Shown here: positions 38,311-51,059 of the stretch, piece by piece
Numbering within the stretch: position 1 is the stretch's first letter
Layout: every line of letters begins with the position of its first letter
DNA from: Lama glama
Taxonomy: Eukaryota
Direction: 5' to 3'
NCBI GenBank assembly: GCA_028534125.1
Contig: CM052816.1
Coordinates: 98,458,001 to 98,522,000 of the forward strand
Length of the DNA: 64,000 nucleotides
Translations under genes and position numbers: made by a program
Notes under the pieces: model-generated
Seen by the model: the letters and a program-made list of their open reading frames with translations, nothing else
What the model was told of the DNA's origin: nothing
Databases searched by the model: none

Positions 38311-39328
38311 TGAAACTGAGCAGGATCCTCTGGGGTCCTCTCTGGAACAATAATCTTCCCATGTTCTCTGCTTCTTGTTTGTAGGAAATAGGCTTCCTCC
38401 AGCCTCCTTGACCTTCCCTTCCTTTGAACAGTTGCTAATCAGGGAAGGTAGTGGGCGCAGAGACAAGAGAGGAGCGGTCAAGACATGATAGGTCCAGCCT
38501 GCACACCAGAAATTGACACAACAGTATAAGCTGACTATACTTCAGTAAAAAAGCAACATGCAAAAACTAATTAATTAATTAGTTAATAAAGAGAAATGAT
38601 AGTCCAGCCTTGGGGCAGGGTCCTAGTTTCCCCTCAAGGAACCCCCCAATCTCCTGCCTCTTGTTTATGACTGAGCAGAATCTTTGGAGATGTGTGTTTT
38701 GTTTTGTTTTGTTTTGTTGAGGGGAACATTGGATGCACCAGATTACTGGCATTCTGACTGAAAGCAACTTTCCTTTTCGTTGCCAACGCTGTTGCCCCCA
38801 GGGTCATACCCCTGCCCCTCCCCCAAATAGAAACCAGTTACTCTTATCTAAGTCTCGGGAGGCAGCTGCAAAGAGAATAAACAAGAACTGGTTAGAACCA
38901 GCTGAGCCCAAGATGGCAGAGGACTTGCCTTCCAGTGGCCCTTGAGCTGCGTTACAGGCTCACTGTGATGTATCAGCGTGACACACCCACCAGCACCGGG
39001 ACAGTGGTAAGTGCCATGACCACAACGGGGAAAGCCCGTACGAGGACAGGAGACAAGGTGATTGGCTCCCTCACACCCGAAAGGAAGACAGGACTGGGGA
39101 AGCCTCTCACACAAGTCCACATGGCCCGAGCCACAGCTGCAGCTGCCTGCACTGGCCAGCTTGGCTGGCAGCTCCCCACTGAAACACTTTTCTTTCCTTT
39201 TCCTCTTCTGAGCAATAAAGCAGCCTTTCCCTTTGTCCTCTGCCTCTGCTGCAAATTCTTTCTCAGCCGGCGGCAAGGTCCCACACTGTCATGGCTTCCT
39301 AATTTAGGGGTCGCTCCAGCCTCTGACA
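38311..39328 (+). mobile_element. ERV1-class solo LTR (TG...CA) with a 4-bp TSD
   Basis: Begins TGaaactgagcagga and ends ..gcctctgaCA. gtag lies on both sides (38307-38310, 39329-39332). AATAAA at ~39214. Confidence 0.8.
38485..38610 (+). mobile_element. Extremely truncated L1 3' tip nested in the LTR
   Basis: gcacaccagaaattgacacaaca..gactatacttcagtaaaaaa flanked by atgata(g)gtccagcct at 38485-38500 and 38596-38610. Confidence 0.8.
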
Positions 39329-40031
39329 GTAGAGAGCACCTTTATCTTTCTTCAGGTTTTGCCTACTTTCTCCGCCCAGCACTCTGGTCCTAGGGCTCTG
39401 GGGGTTTAAATTTCACAGCAGGCCTTCCTGAGCCCTGGAGGAAGGTCCTGGGTAGGGACTCGGCCAGAGCCTCACCACCAGCACATCAGGTGTTTCTGCC
39501 GTCCTGGCCTGATTTCCAGGCTGGAATTCCATCCAGTACACAGTTCTTCGATGGGGGCCCTGTTCCTGGACTGGACATCTGGGACAAGTGATAACCTCGC
39601 CATCACTTCTGTGGAGTCTGTGCCTTCTACTCCCCTGACACCCCCTGCAAGGTCCAGGCCACGGGCCCCCACCCCTGCCATCCCAGGCCTCTCTCTCCGC
39701 TGGTCTTGCTAAAGACCTAGAGGCTTCTGATGCCAAGAGGAGCCCGGGGTGACAGAGTTGGACAGTAAGAATTAACCCTAGGACACTGGGTCTTGTATAA
39801 ACGCATCCTTGGGGACAGCGAGCCATGCTTTGCATCTCCTCCCACATGTGGCTGGTTGTTAAGTCCCGTTAGTTCTTCCCGCAGGCTGCCTCCCATCAGT
39901 TTCCTATTTCTATCCTGACTTGACTGCCCTGATCTTAATCAGACAGGCAAAGTGTTGTGACTTTAATTATTGCAATGGCCTTAAATAGATCCCTGGCTTC
40001 CTCTCCTATCCTATAAACTGCCACCAGAATT

Positions 40032-40160
40032 CTTTCTTTTGGGGAGGGGTAATTAGATTAATTAATTAATTAATTTATTTATAATGGAGGTACTGGGGAT
40101 CGAACCCAGGACCTTGTGCCTGCTAAGCTTGTGCTCTGCCACTGAGCTCTACCCTCCCCC
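40032..40160 (-). mobile_element. Camelid tRNA-derived SINE (Vic-type)
   Basis: Minus strand reads GGGGGAGGGTAGAGCTCAGTGG (A box)..GGTCCTGGGTTCGATCCCCAGTACCTCCA (B box), followed by a (TAAT)n/AT-rich tail and TAATTACCCCTCCCC. Confidence 0.9.
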
Positions 40161-40419
40161 TCTCAGGGGTTGTCTTTCTAAAATGTAAATATGCCACATC
40201 TGCAGTGAAGTCTTTCCAGAGAATCCCCTTCCAATTCTTCAGAATAAAGTACATACACCTTGGTAGTGGAGACCTGAACCCAAGTTAGGATGGGCCAGGA
40301 ACTGATCAAAGTGAGGTTTTTAATGTTTTTTTCTAATTTTTGTTTTAATGACAACAAATATTTATTGGGTGCTTACTCTGTGCCAGACTGGATGCTGAAT
40401 GCTTTAAACACTGTATGCT

Positions 40420-41060
40420 TTTTAGTATTAATTAAACTTTGTGTTGTGGAATAATTTTGGACTCAGTGGAAAGCTGTGAGGGTGTGTGTGGAGTTTGGGT
40501 GCACCCCTCCTCACCCAGCAGTCCCACTGAAAGGGTCTGACATCACCATGGCACGTGAGTAAAAACTGAAAAAAAAAAAAAAAAGCTAAAATAAAAATAC
40601 AATCAGCATGGGCACATTCCTATCAATGCAATCTTGGCCTCACTGGGACATCGGTAGTTTTCCACCCCATGTTGCCTCCCTGTTCTGGGATCCCAGCCAG
40701 GTTCCCCATCGTGTTGACCTGCCACGTGTTGACCTCAGTGCCTTGACACCTCCTGTGGTTCCTGACCTGAGAGTCTTGAGGTCACTGGTCAAGTCTCCTG
40801 GCAAATGTCCAATGTGGGCTTATCTGATGTCCTCTTAGATCTGGGGAAGGGCACCACAGGGCGAAATGCCATCTCATCACTTCATCCCAGGGTGCAGGAT
40901 GGCCCGTGGCAGCACAGGCCCTGTTACCCTTGTCACTTGGTCAGGTAGTGTCTCCCAGGCTTCTCACTGCAGGTTACTTCTTCCCCTCACCAGACCATGC
41001 TCTTTGGACCTGATATACCTTCAGTTCAAGGCCTTGCCCTGCAGACCTATTATTGCCGTA
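40420..41060 (-). mobile_element. Old L1 (L1MC/MD-like) 3' end
   Basis: aataattttggactcagtggaaagctg..ctgttctgggatcccagccagg..gtcttgaggtcactggtcaag..aatgtccaatgtgggcttatctgatg..gccatctcatcacttcatcccaggg. Confidence 0.65.
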
Positions 41061-42808
41061 AAGGTGCCAAGTGGACAACGTGTATTAACTCCCTGCCTTC
41101 TGTGGGGAAGCGCCTCTTCCACCCCTGCCTGGGCTCCATGAGGCCCTACACTGGCCTGACCTGTGACCCCCTGACTCCTGCGCATGGCGGGCAGACATGG
41201 CTGAGTGTGCAGTCTGCTCCCCTAGGTCTGTCTCACCTTCTCCTGAAACAGGTCTGCACAAACCCTCGGACCTCCACAGGCCCTAAGCTAACGGGGTCAC
41301 GCCCCGCTGAGGAGGTAGGTCCAGCCGCACAGCACCTGCTGCTGTGAGAATGGCTGCTCCCCCTGCAGCCCCCGGGGGAGACACGCTGGCATGGGGGTCT
41401 TTCCCCACCTTGCTCCTTCACTCGCCTTCTCTTAGCTCTGACTGGAGTAGGAAAGAAGAGGTGCGGGTTAAGTGTCTCCCAGAGCCCAGACACCCTTTGG
41501 ACTCACCTTCCTGCTTGCAGTAATTTCCTTGGGGAAATCAGAGGCTCTGAGCTGGAAGATGCCTGTTCAAGGACGCTACTTCACAGCGCTGCTTACAATG
41601 TGTAAAAGGCAGGTGCGCTTCCCTGCTCTTCACACCATCCATTCAGCAAGTTACTGCATCCTGGGGACTGTGCCCTCACAGAGCCCTTGTCTGCCACGTC
41701 CTCCCCCGATCCGTGGCTGCCTCACCACTCGCCCTGCAGCTCTTCCCCTGGTCCCTGTGGGATCCCTGCTTCCAGCTTCCCCCCTGCCCACCTTCCTAAG
41801 CGGCATCTAGTAACACATCTGCCCTGCTGCACACCTTCAAGTTTCTCCGTTGTCTAAACTCCTTCGAGGCTGACCCCTGAGGTGTGGCTTACATGGTCCT
41901 TCCTGATCTAGCGGCAGGGTGAGACCAGCCGCAAATCTGCTTTTCTAAATATCTCTCTTGACAGGGAGCAACTATTGCAGGAAGACATGAGTAATGGTAT
42001 GTTTCATGTTGATGATTGATTTTATGTTCTTCTGTGCATTTTCCCGTATCTATTTCTTGTATGGCTTTCTCATATTTTACAATGAGCTTTGTAGTATTTG
42101 CTTTTATAACAATGCAAAGAAAACATTTTTTAGAAGAGTTAATGAGATCTATTTAGGGAGGAAATAAGGCATTTTCTTCACTTATTTGCATCTTAATGGA
42201 TAGAACAAACACCTTTGCCTTTTTGTCCCACCTCAGCAGGTATTGTGTTGGAGCACAGGGTCAAAGTGGTAATTACAGAAATCTTGAAGTTGCTGTTTTG
42301 CATGCAAACAATAATGCTCCCGGAGAGGGTGGCTCAGGTTTTAACTTCTCAAATGGAATCCATGGTCAATGCACCCAAAATATCTTCCTGTCAACCCACT
42401 CATGGTAGGAAAAGTGGTGCGTGCATCACACCCTTTCCTCTCTTACAGCCCCTCTGGCTTTTATTTTGTTCTGTTTTGTTTCCCCTCTGCTTTTAGAGGG
42501 ATTCCAGGAAGTCCTGTGACACTTGTGGGCCTCCTTTGCCCGTTCAAGTTCATCCCTTCAACCTTCAGCTTCATCTGCTGGTGGAAGAGCCCTTCATCCA
42601 GGCAGGTGAAGATGTCCTGGCTCCCGTCAGCGCGTTCTGATGGCCTGCCTGTGACCCAGGCCAGTGGTAACTGGGGGCCCAACGAGGCTTGCACAGAGGC
42701 AGATGGGAACCCTGGTGATGAATGTTTCCAGGCAGGGTCTGCCTCCCACAGTGAATCAGCCCATCCTGTTTCTCTACTGTATAAGAGGGCAGAAAGCTAG
42801 GAGAGAGA

Positions 42809-43238
42809 TGTTGGCTGGAAAAAAAAAAAAACACACAATGTAAGAACAGAGAGTTTGGGCTTTACTTGGGGGTCTTACTGATGACCGTGGCCTCTCAGAT
42901 GGCTTGGAGAAGCTGTTCTGAAGTGGAAGAGGAGGAGCTGGTGTGTATGTGAATTTTTTTGGAAATCCACATAGTCGAGCTGAAGAAGATTACTGCTCAT
43001 CAAAAAGAACAGACGTCTCAAGTTAATGATTTCGGTGTTTTCTCTGCATGGGAGATGCAGGAGTCTGGGGTCATGAGAGTCTTCCTTAGACATGCATCTT
43101 AACATGTGTAGGGGCCTGTGTATCCAACACAGACTGCTTCATCTTGCATTCCTTCCAGGGTGCCCAGAAGTTCAGAGACCGCAGTGTCGATGACGATCCT
43201 TGGAGCACTGGAAGACGGGGTGACATTCTTTGTGCAGA
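42809..43238 (-). mobile_element. MER41-like ERV1 solo LTR (cetartiodactyl type)
   Basis: tgttggctggaaaaaa..acacacaatgtaaga..ggtcttactga..cagacgtctcaagttaatgatttcggtgttttctctgcatgggagatgcaggagtctgggg resembles MER41_BT-like LTRs. Confidence 0.7.
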
Positions 43239-43429
43239 GAGAGAGGGCGGATAAGAAGTGACGAGGAGGTCAGTGAGGCAGGTTTCTGGGTCTGGTAGGG
43301 TCACTGACGGCACCGTCTGCGTGTTGACTGCCTCAGGGCGCTGCAGCCTCCACTGGGGTGGGTGGCGTGGGAGCCACCAGCCACACGGGGCTCCTCATTT
43401 AAATCAATTCAATTAAAATTGATTAGTAC

Positions 43430-43915
43430 TGTATTACTTTTCTATTTCTGCTGTGAAAAATTATTCCACATTTAGTGATTTAAAACAACACAAGTATGTG
43501 ATCCTACAGTTTTAGAGGTCAGAGGCCCAACCTGGTCTCACTGCGCTAAAATTGTCAGCAAGGCTGTGTTCATTTCTGAAAACTCTTGCCTTTTCCAGCT
43601 GCTAGTGGCCACCCACATTCTCACGTCCCTGGGCTCAGGGTCCTTCTATCTTCCAGGCCAGCAATGGCCATTGGAGCTCCTCTCGCGTCTCATCACTGAT
43701 GTCCTCCCCTACCTCCCTCTGCCACTTTGAAGGATGCTTGTGATGACACTGGGCCCGAGAGGAATCCAGAACTATCTCCCTCCTGAAGGTCAGTTCACTA
43801 GCAGTTCACTAATTCCTCTGTCACCTCAGTCCCCCCTCACCAGGTAAGATCATGTATTCTGTTTCCAGCTACAAGGACATGCATGTCTCTGGGGAGGTCA
43901 CTACCCTGCTGACCT
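43430..43915 (-). mobile_element. MLT1 (MaLR) solo LTR
   Basis: tgtattactttctatttctgctgtg..ttagtgatttaaaacaacaca..ggtctcactgcgctaaaattgtcagcaaggctg..gccactttgaaggatgcttgtgatgacactgggccc. Confidence 0.85.
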
Positions 43916-46532
43916 CAAGTTCTCTGTCCCACGAACCACACGCCAAGTGCCAAAGCCGCGTGCGGCTAATGGCTGCCACACTGAAAGGGGCAGGTACAGG
44001 GCTTTACCGCTACTGTGGGAAACTCTAGCAGGCAGCGCTGAACCCTTAAAATAACTCTGACACGAGCTCCAGAAAATCAAGTTGCCAAAGAAAACCACTG
44101 AGGAATCAGCACACGGGGCAAGCTTGCCCCACGTTGGACGGGAGGACCGAGCAGGGAGGTAGCAGGTGCCCACACGGAATCTTCCAAAGCGCTTACCAAT
44201 AACTAAGCCAGGCACCGACAGGAAAAAGCGGACCTGAGGTTCACTTTTCATTGTAGCAGATTCATGGGAAAGTTATTTTGAAGAATACTAGAGGGGAAAG
44301 TATGGAACTCTGAATGCAGTGGTCCCTCCCTGGAATTCTTATCAACCAAATGAGCTTGGGCTTCTGGAAGAAGAGAAAAGGGAAGGGCCCCTTGGGTTAC
44401 AGGAGGCAGGCCTTTCTCCATCCAAGCGTGTCTCGCAGGAGGCAGGGGTGCCTTGAGAGCCAGTCCTCCCCGCAGGAGCAGTGCAACTGCTCCTGCCCCC
44501 AGGTCTGCCCGGGATCGGGGGACTGGGCAGGAAGAAGGCGAGTAACAGCGCCTGTGGGGGTTCCTGAGCTGTGGGGCTCAGGGCCTTCTCTGACAATCTG
44601 ATGGAAGTCCTGCTTCCCAGAAAATTCAGATGCCCGCACACAACCCCCAGTTTTGCACATAATTTCAGGAACTCCTTCTGCCGTATTGAAAGGGCAGCTA
44701 GGAAGGCCCACAGAGCGTGGGAAGCTATTGTCTCTGCAGATGAGGAGCTGACCCCAGGCAGTGTGCTGTGCTGGTCAGCCCCCCACCCCCTGCCTTCCAT
44801 CACTTACAGGCTGTTGGACACAGCCAAGGGGGAGGCTTGGTGCATTGGGAGCTGGTGGCTGTCTGCTCCGTGGTGAAGTCACAGGACAGCTGTGACCCCA
44901 GAGCCTGCACTCAGGGTTACACGTGCATTGTCTGACTGTGAGCGAAAGGCACAAGCAGGGGTGACTGTCATTTCAAGTGGGCCCCACGCTGAGAAAAACC
45001 AAGGCCTGCCTCAATCTGAGCATGGGCTAGCGCTGAGGCCAGCCTAATGCTGGCCATGGCGTTCTGACTCTGAATAACTCCAAGCCTCTGAGCAAAGGAG
45101 GTCTCAGCTCCCAGCCTCCTTCCTCTTCCTGCAGGCCCTTCTCCAGTCCCCCTGCACAGAATTCCAGCTTTCTTCAAAGCCCGACTCACATCCCTCTGCC
45201 CAGGAGGGGTCCTCTGCTTGCACCAAGCACACAACTCTCCCGTGTTCCTTCTGCACTTAACTCCAGTGTTGGGTTGCAGACTACTCCATCATGAAATGAC
45301 CACAGTAAAGCCTGGCCCAGGGCAGACCTATAGGAGGGACTGGGAGCGCCCCGAGTTCCAACACACCAGCATTCACTACAATAAAACAGCACAAATTTGA
45401 AAAAGCCAAACTTGTCTCCTGTCTCCATCTTTGAGATTCCTTCCTTGATTGTGAGCTTGAGCTGCTTGTCATCATAATATTTTGGTTAAATTTAAGTCTG
45501 CGCTGCAGACACTTGCTCATCATAGTGGTTGAAAGAAGAACATGCTTTTCCTCCTGCATCTCTGGTCCAGTAGAAGAGCCCGTATGAGCTCAGAAAGCCT
45601 TTAGGTCAAATTAGCATATGGCAAGTCCCGCTGACATTGACCTGCCCTTCCCAACACCAGGCATATGGGCAAGATATTCCAACTCCATCAGGCAGGAAAA
45701 GAAATCAGCTTACAAAGCTCCCTGGGCCTGCCAGTCACAAAGGTAGAGGCGCTTTGACTTTAAAATGCACCGTCCCACCCGGAGACTCTCAGGCTGTTCC
45801 CACAGCCGTTCAGGTGGGGATTTGGCTGCCTAAGAGGGAAAGCAGAGAGCAGGCATGAGCCCCTCAGCACAGCTCTGCAGAGGGATCATTGGATGTTAGG
45901 AAGAAACCTCAAGGGAGCAGCAAAGGAGCAACGGAGCAGCCACTTGCGAGGCTCACGTGGGGCAGCGCACACAGCCCTGCAGACTGACCACACTTCACTT
46001 CTGAAAAGGAAAGGGAAGCACAGAAGAGGCTCTGCAGCAAAGAGGACCATCGCACAATGGCAGTGGGCAGAGAGACTGCACAGAACCACACTTCCCAGGA
46101 CGCATCTCCCTGGTGTGAGCCCCACCTGCAGGCGAGACTGCAAAAACTTCTCTGGCCTCTGATCCTTCAAGGAAAAGTGAGCAAATTCTCCATCTCAAAG
46201 GCATTAGGGAGAGGGTGACTTCAAACAGATGAGCAATTTGCTCTTCCTCCCTCCCCCGTGGAAGAGCTGATTGAATAGTCGGCGGACAGGTAGTTCAATG
46301 AATTACTAATGAAAAATAATGTAGAGATTTGGCTTTATTTCTGTCACCTACAGTTCTTATATTCAAATACATTTCACCAACTCTAGGGAGGTTTCATTTC
46401 ATTCATCAGTGGGGAGGAGACAGGCAAGAAGTTCACAGACAGATCTGCACAAATCCATCATTTCTATTTTGGAAAAGTAACTCTCAGGTTATGCAGTGCA
46501 ACATCTCAGTACATTTCACCGTGGGGGCTGCC

Positions 46533-47345
46533 CAGTTCCTCCCAGCCCATCCCTCCTCTTCTCAGCGGGCCAAAGCAAGTATCATCCACCTGGCTGCCTA
46601 AGCATGGGTCAGGAACAGCTGGAGCTGGGGTGCCAGCCACTCCCTGCCCTACATACACACAGCCCGGGTTTTACCCAGTCTCACCATGTGTGTGCCGAGT
46701 CTGGGAAATGACCCTTTCTCTCTACTGGAAAGCAAATACAGTCTGCCTTGCACACAGCAGAAGTGGGTCCTGGAAAAGACTCAGGATCCCATCTCCCAGA
46801 GGAGAGAGAGCAGTCACTGCTGGAGGAGGGTGGAACCCCAGCATCGGCCCTGGAGAACAGGTGAGAACAGGGAGGGCCTGTGGGGCAGACGCCAGCAACA
46901 GCAGGAGGGTGGTCCCCAGGGCCTCTCAGACAAGGTCTGCATGGCCCTGCACTGCCAGCTACACCTTTTTGGGCCAGGAGTCCCTGTTTGGAGCCCACGA
47001 GGCGTCTGCTGTGACAACTGGGGCAGGAGTCGGCTGCAAAGGCCTGGAGAGCTCACCCACCTGCTGAGGACACGCTGCTCTGTGGGTCCTGAGTCTCCGT
47101 TCTAGGACCCACTTCTGTTGGTGCAAGACAGGCTGTATTCACTTTCCAGTGGAGAGAAAGTGTCATCTCCCAGACACGGCACACATGTGGTGAGACTGGG
47201 TAAAGCCTGGGCTGTGGGTATGAAGGGCAGGGAGTGGCTGGCACCCCAGCTCCAGCTGAATGTTCCTGACTCATGCTGAGGCTGCCAGGTGGATGATACT
47301 TGCTTTGGCCCTTTGAGAAGAGGAGGGATGGGCTGGGAGGACCTG
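46533..47345. repeat. Long inverted repeat: arms 46533-46791 and 47083-47345, ~290-bp spacer
   Basis: Manual alignment gives about 23 substitutions and 4 small indels over ~260 bp. It is mirrored in the ORF track (46630+ PATPCPTYTQPGFYPVSPCVCRVWEMTLSL vs 47274- PATPCPSYPQPRLYPVSPHVCRVWEMTLSL). Confidence 0.97.
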
Positions 47346-47462
47346 CTCTGTGGGGCCCAAGTGGTGGAGGGCTGGTGAAGGCAGGGCGAGGGCAAGGCCG
47401 AGGCAGAGAAGACGTCTGCAGGGGACCACCTCAGCTTCTCTCCTGCTCCCTGTTCACCAGGG

Positions 47463-47875
47463 TGACAAAGACTCCTTGACCAGACTTTAAACAGGCTCCT
47501 CTGAGCCTCTTTTCAGTGAGGCCTCATCCTTGGGCCCCGATCTTGTCCTGCTGAAACCAGTTTAACAAGAATCCTGCTAAGTCAGTTGAGCAAGAGCCCC
47601 CACCCTTGATATACAATCAGGTCCCTCCTCCTCCACCCCTGGTGTCTAAGTCATGGCCTGCCTTGGCAACAATCCTGCTACAGTTGAGCAAAATCCCTAC
47701 CCTTGGCATCCCTTCTAAATACTTTTCCATCCACTGACCCCTCGCCCTGGTCCTTGGCTATAAATCTCCAGCTTTGCTTGTTTGGAGTTGGGTTCAGTCC
47801 TACTGAAGCCCGTCTTGCAATAGGAATGAGTGAAGTCTGTCTTCACCGCCTTTGGCTAGTGTCAGATCTCTTCCT
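47463..47875 (+). mobile_element. MER31/MER67-like ERV1 LTR
   Basis: Starts TGACAAAGACTCCTTGACCAGACTTT..GGCTCCTCTGAGCC. Contains aagaatcctgctaagtcagtt and ccttggctataaatc..tttggagttgggttca. Confidence 0.75.
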
Positions 47876-48339
47876 CTTCCCAGGAGCCCCCTCACCCTCC
47901 CTGCCTTCAGCACCTCCCTCGGCGTGGACAGCGGCAGCCGGGGGGCAGGAGGCATCTCTTCCAGCCACAGCCCCCTCCTCTGGGCGCTGACTTCTGTTCC
48001 CAAATCTGCTTCTTCCCTTGGGGACCAAGCTCCGTGTTCCTGGTGCTGCATTCCTACCTGTGTCTGTAAACCCTTAAGCAGGCTCTGTCTCTGCCCTTTC
48101 TGGACTATTCTACGAAACTGAACCTCAAATTTTAACTGTTCATGGTCTCTTATTGAATAAAACTTTATTTTTCTTATTTTTAAACTGCTGTTTACAATTT
48201 TGTTGTTCTAGTTCTCAGAGAAAAAAAATCTCAAATAACAACATTAAGTAACTCAACTTATATCTGGTCTCCAACAGTTGGAGTTTTTTAATGTGGATCA
48301 GTACTACTGTATTAAAAAAAAAAGATAGAGTCCAAAGAA

Positions 48340-48505
48340 ATATGGATAAAAAAATATATTCAATATCTTGTATTAACCTTTAATAAAAAAGAATATAAAA
48401 ACAAATATCTGTATATATATGCATGACTGGGACACTGTGCTGTACACCAGAAATCGACACATTGTAATTGACTTCAATTAAAACGATTTTTAAAAATATA
48501 AAAAA
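48340..48505 (+). mobile_element. L1 3' end (a second, older camelid/cetartiodactyl subfamily)
   Basis: tatattcaatatcttgtattaacctttaat..tatatgcatgactgggacactgtgctgtacaccagaaatcgacacattgtaattgacttcaattaaaa. Confidence 0.8.
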
Positions 48506-49715
48506 CTGTGTCATAAGCTGAAGAAAGAAACCTGATTCCTGATCCTTGCAAGCATGCCAACTCAGCCTGTTATTATATTTTAAAATAATACTCTATTTTA
48601 AAGTTGTCTACAATCTTAATTACTGAAACACTAGCATATTCATGGTGAAAACAATGTTCCCCCTTCAGCAAATATGAATATAAACCCTCTCACTTTAGAG
48701 GCAGGATGTCAGTGAGTGCAGGCAACCATTAAAATATATTTAAAAGGTGCAAATGAGAAAAGGAGGCTAAAAGCTGCACATCCTATGAGTATTACCAAAT
48801 TAGCTGGCCAATCTCAGGATGGTGCATATCATTAGGAATAATTAGCATGCTCTATTACAGCTAGAAATTTAAAACTTGCCATATAATAAGAAAAGGGATT
48901 AAGAAATTCAGACAAAACACAAGGAGAAAGAAAAAAAAAGAAATGAAAATAGTAAGACACCAGGTCCTAATGTATTATCAGGAGTATTTCATTTAAAAGA
49001 GAAATCCATGAGCTTTCAAGCAGCAAATTGCTTCATGCATATAAAGAAGGATATTAACATAGAACATTAAAACTCTGCTCAGCACCACATGGAAAGCACT
49101 TATTCATGAGGAAAAGGTAGACGAGAGCATGATCATGGTAACTGATCCATCTTACTTTTATGAATATTGAAGGAAATACTGGCAAATGATTATGCACATA
49201 GAGTTAAGAGCAGTGACTTATGAGATGCCCACACAAAGTCCATGAGTTTATATAAAAATCTTGTATAGTGCATCAGACTAACACAGTACCATCTACACTC
49301 TGAAATTGTGCTGGGCTGGTGTGAAGCTCAGTTTGCAGTTATGGAACCCTCACTGCCCCTCTCACAGCTGGGACTGTGCCAGCCTCTTGAAGATTTTCCA
49401 GTCGGAGGCCCTTGCCAGCTGAGGTTCACATATAAGCATGTCCTAAGCACCAGTGATTTGCCAGCTTGTACAGTGACTCCAAAGGACTTGAAGACACAGT
49501 TTACAGAGCTGATAGTCTGATAGCTACCAGCACAGAAAGATAGCAAAAGTGAAGTGACCACGGGGTTTGCGTAAGGTCCGCTGGGAGCAGGATGAGTTCT
49601 GCAAGACAATTCTGCCTACGGGACAGGTCAATGCAAATGTCTGTTGGGGCTTCCGAGGGAAATGGTGCAGTGTTTGGGCTGCAGGAGGGAAGGGATTGTG
49701 TGCAGTGTGTATATA

Positions 49716-49796
49716 TATTCACACACTATTTTTTAACATTTTTAATTGAAGTGCAGTTGATTTACAATAGTAGTTTCAGGTGTGCACAGACTATTC
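49716..49796 (-). mobile_element. L1 3' tip with a probable TSD
   Basis: tttttaattgaagtgcagttgatttacaatagtagtttcaggtgtgca flanked by cacacactatt / cacagactatt. Confidence 0.6.
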
Positions 49797-50599
49797 ATCT
49801 CTCTTCTTGGGGTGGGGTTACTGTGTGGAGGCAGAGGAGTGAGGGTCCCCTAACGAGGCTGAGCTGACTCCAGATGCAGAGGGCAGCAGAGTGAGCTGAC
49901 AGTGAATCGCCTAGTGGAATTTCAAAAAAGAGTCATGGAGCCCCATTGTTAGAAACAGATCAAACGGAGGAACAGAGTAGGTACCCAGGCCACAACTGGG
50001 GAAGGGAGTCTAACTGTAAAGCTATAAAACAGAGGGAGGGGACCAAAAGCAAAAATGATCTGGAAAGGAAGCCAGCGGTCTCCAGAGCAGCAGCTCGTGT
50101 CTGGGTGAGAATTTGGGCGTCAAAAACAAAAAGCATTAGGATTGGTCTTTAGGTCAGTTCTGTGAAACGTTCCAGAAGAGCATAAGGAAGCTGGGGTGCA
50201 GCCAGGAACTGAGGTCCTCCTGGCGGGGAGCAAGAGAGCCCCCAGACAACTGCGAGGGGGTTTAGTTGGTAGAAGTGCCAGGCTGTGACCACGTGGGCGA
50301 GCCCAGCAGCATGAGGCGTGGCTCCAGAAGTCCTTACAGCGAAGCAGGTCAAGTCTCTCCAGCTGAACACTGCCACTGCAGCCACTGGCCTGGAGTTATC
50401 ATGTCTGAAGCCAAAAGCAGAGGTAGGAGCTCCTACTCCTCCTGGGGAAGGAGACACAGCAACTAGGAGCTGAGAGGAGAACAGTGTCATCAGAAAACTA
50501 ATCCCGGAGCCAGCACTTTGCTAAACCCAGGTCAGGATACGGGCTGTTGGTCAGAGGGGCGGGGTAGAGTTCCAGGCCGGGGGTTGGACCTGGGGCCCT

Positions 50600-50750
50600 G
50601 CCATCTCCAGGTGCTGATTTTCTGCAAGTTACTTAACTTCTGAGCTTCCACTGATTGGGGTAATACTAATTCTGCTCATAGTGTTACTGTGAAGATTAAA
50701 TGCCTTTTTATATGCATGATCCCCTCCCATATTAGGTGCTCAGTAAATTC
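50600..50750 (+). mobile_element. MIR SINE fragment
   Basis: gcaagttacttaacttctgagcttcc..gggtaatactaa..ctcatagtgttactgtgaagattaaatg. Confidence 0.7.
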
Positions 50751-51059
50751 AGCTCTAAAAGATAATCCAGCATAGGAACAGAATAGGTTGCCAGCAGGAA
50801 AGAGAATGGCTGATGGTTCCGGATAAAAAGCCCAGCCTCCAGGATTGGTGGCAGCTTCTCCCCCAGCCAGACCTTTCTTCTGCAGGACTGAATGCAGAAT
50901 TTGTGGGGCTCGGTGCAAAATGAAAAGGCAGAATCCTGTTTTCAAAGTTACTGAGAATTTCAAGCCAGCAGAGAGGCAACTCCAAACAGACAAGTGAAGA
51001 CAGTGAAAGGAAGTGACCCAAACACAGCAGTGAAGACTCGGGATTATGAGGTTGACTTT

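Noticed and set aside
40085..40160. tRNA gene
   Set aside because: The A and B boxes belong to a tRNA-derived SINE head followed by a SINE tail.
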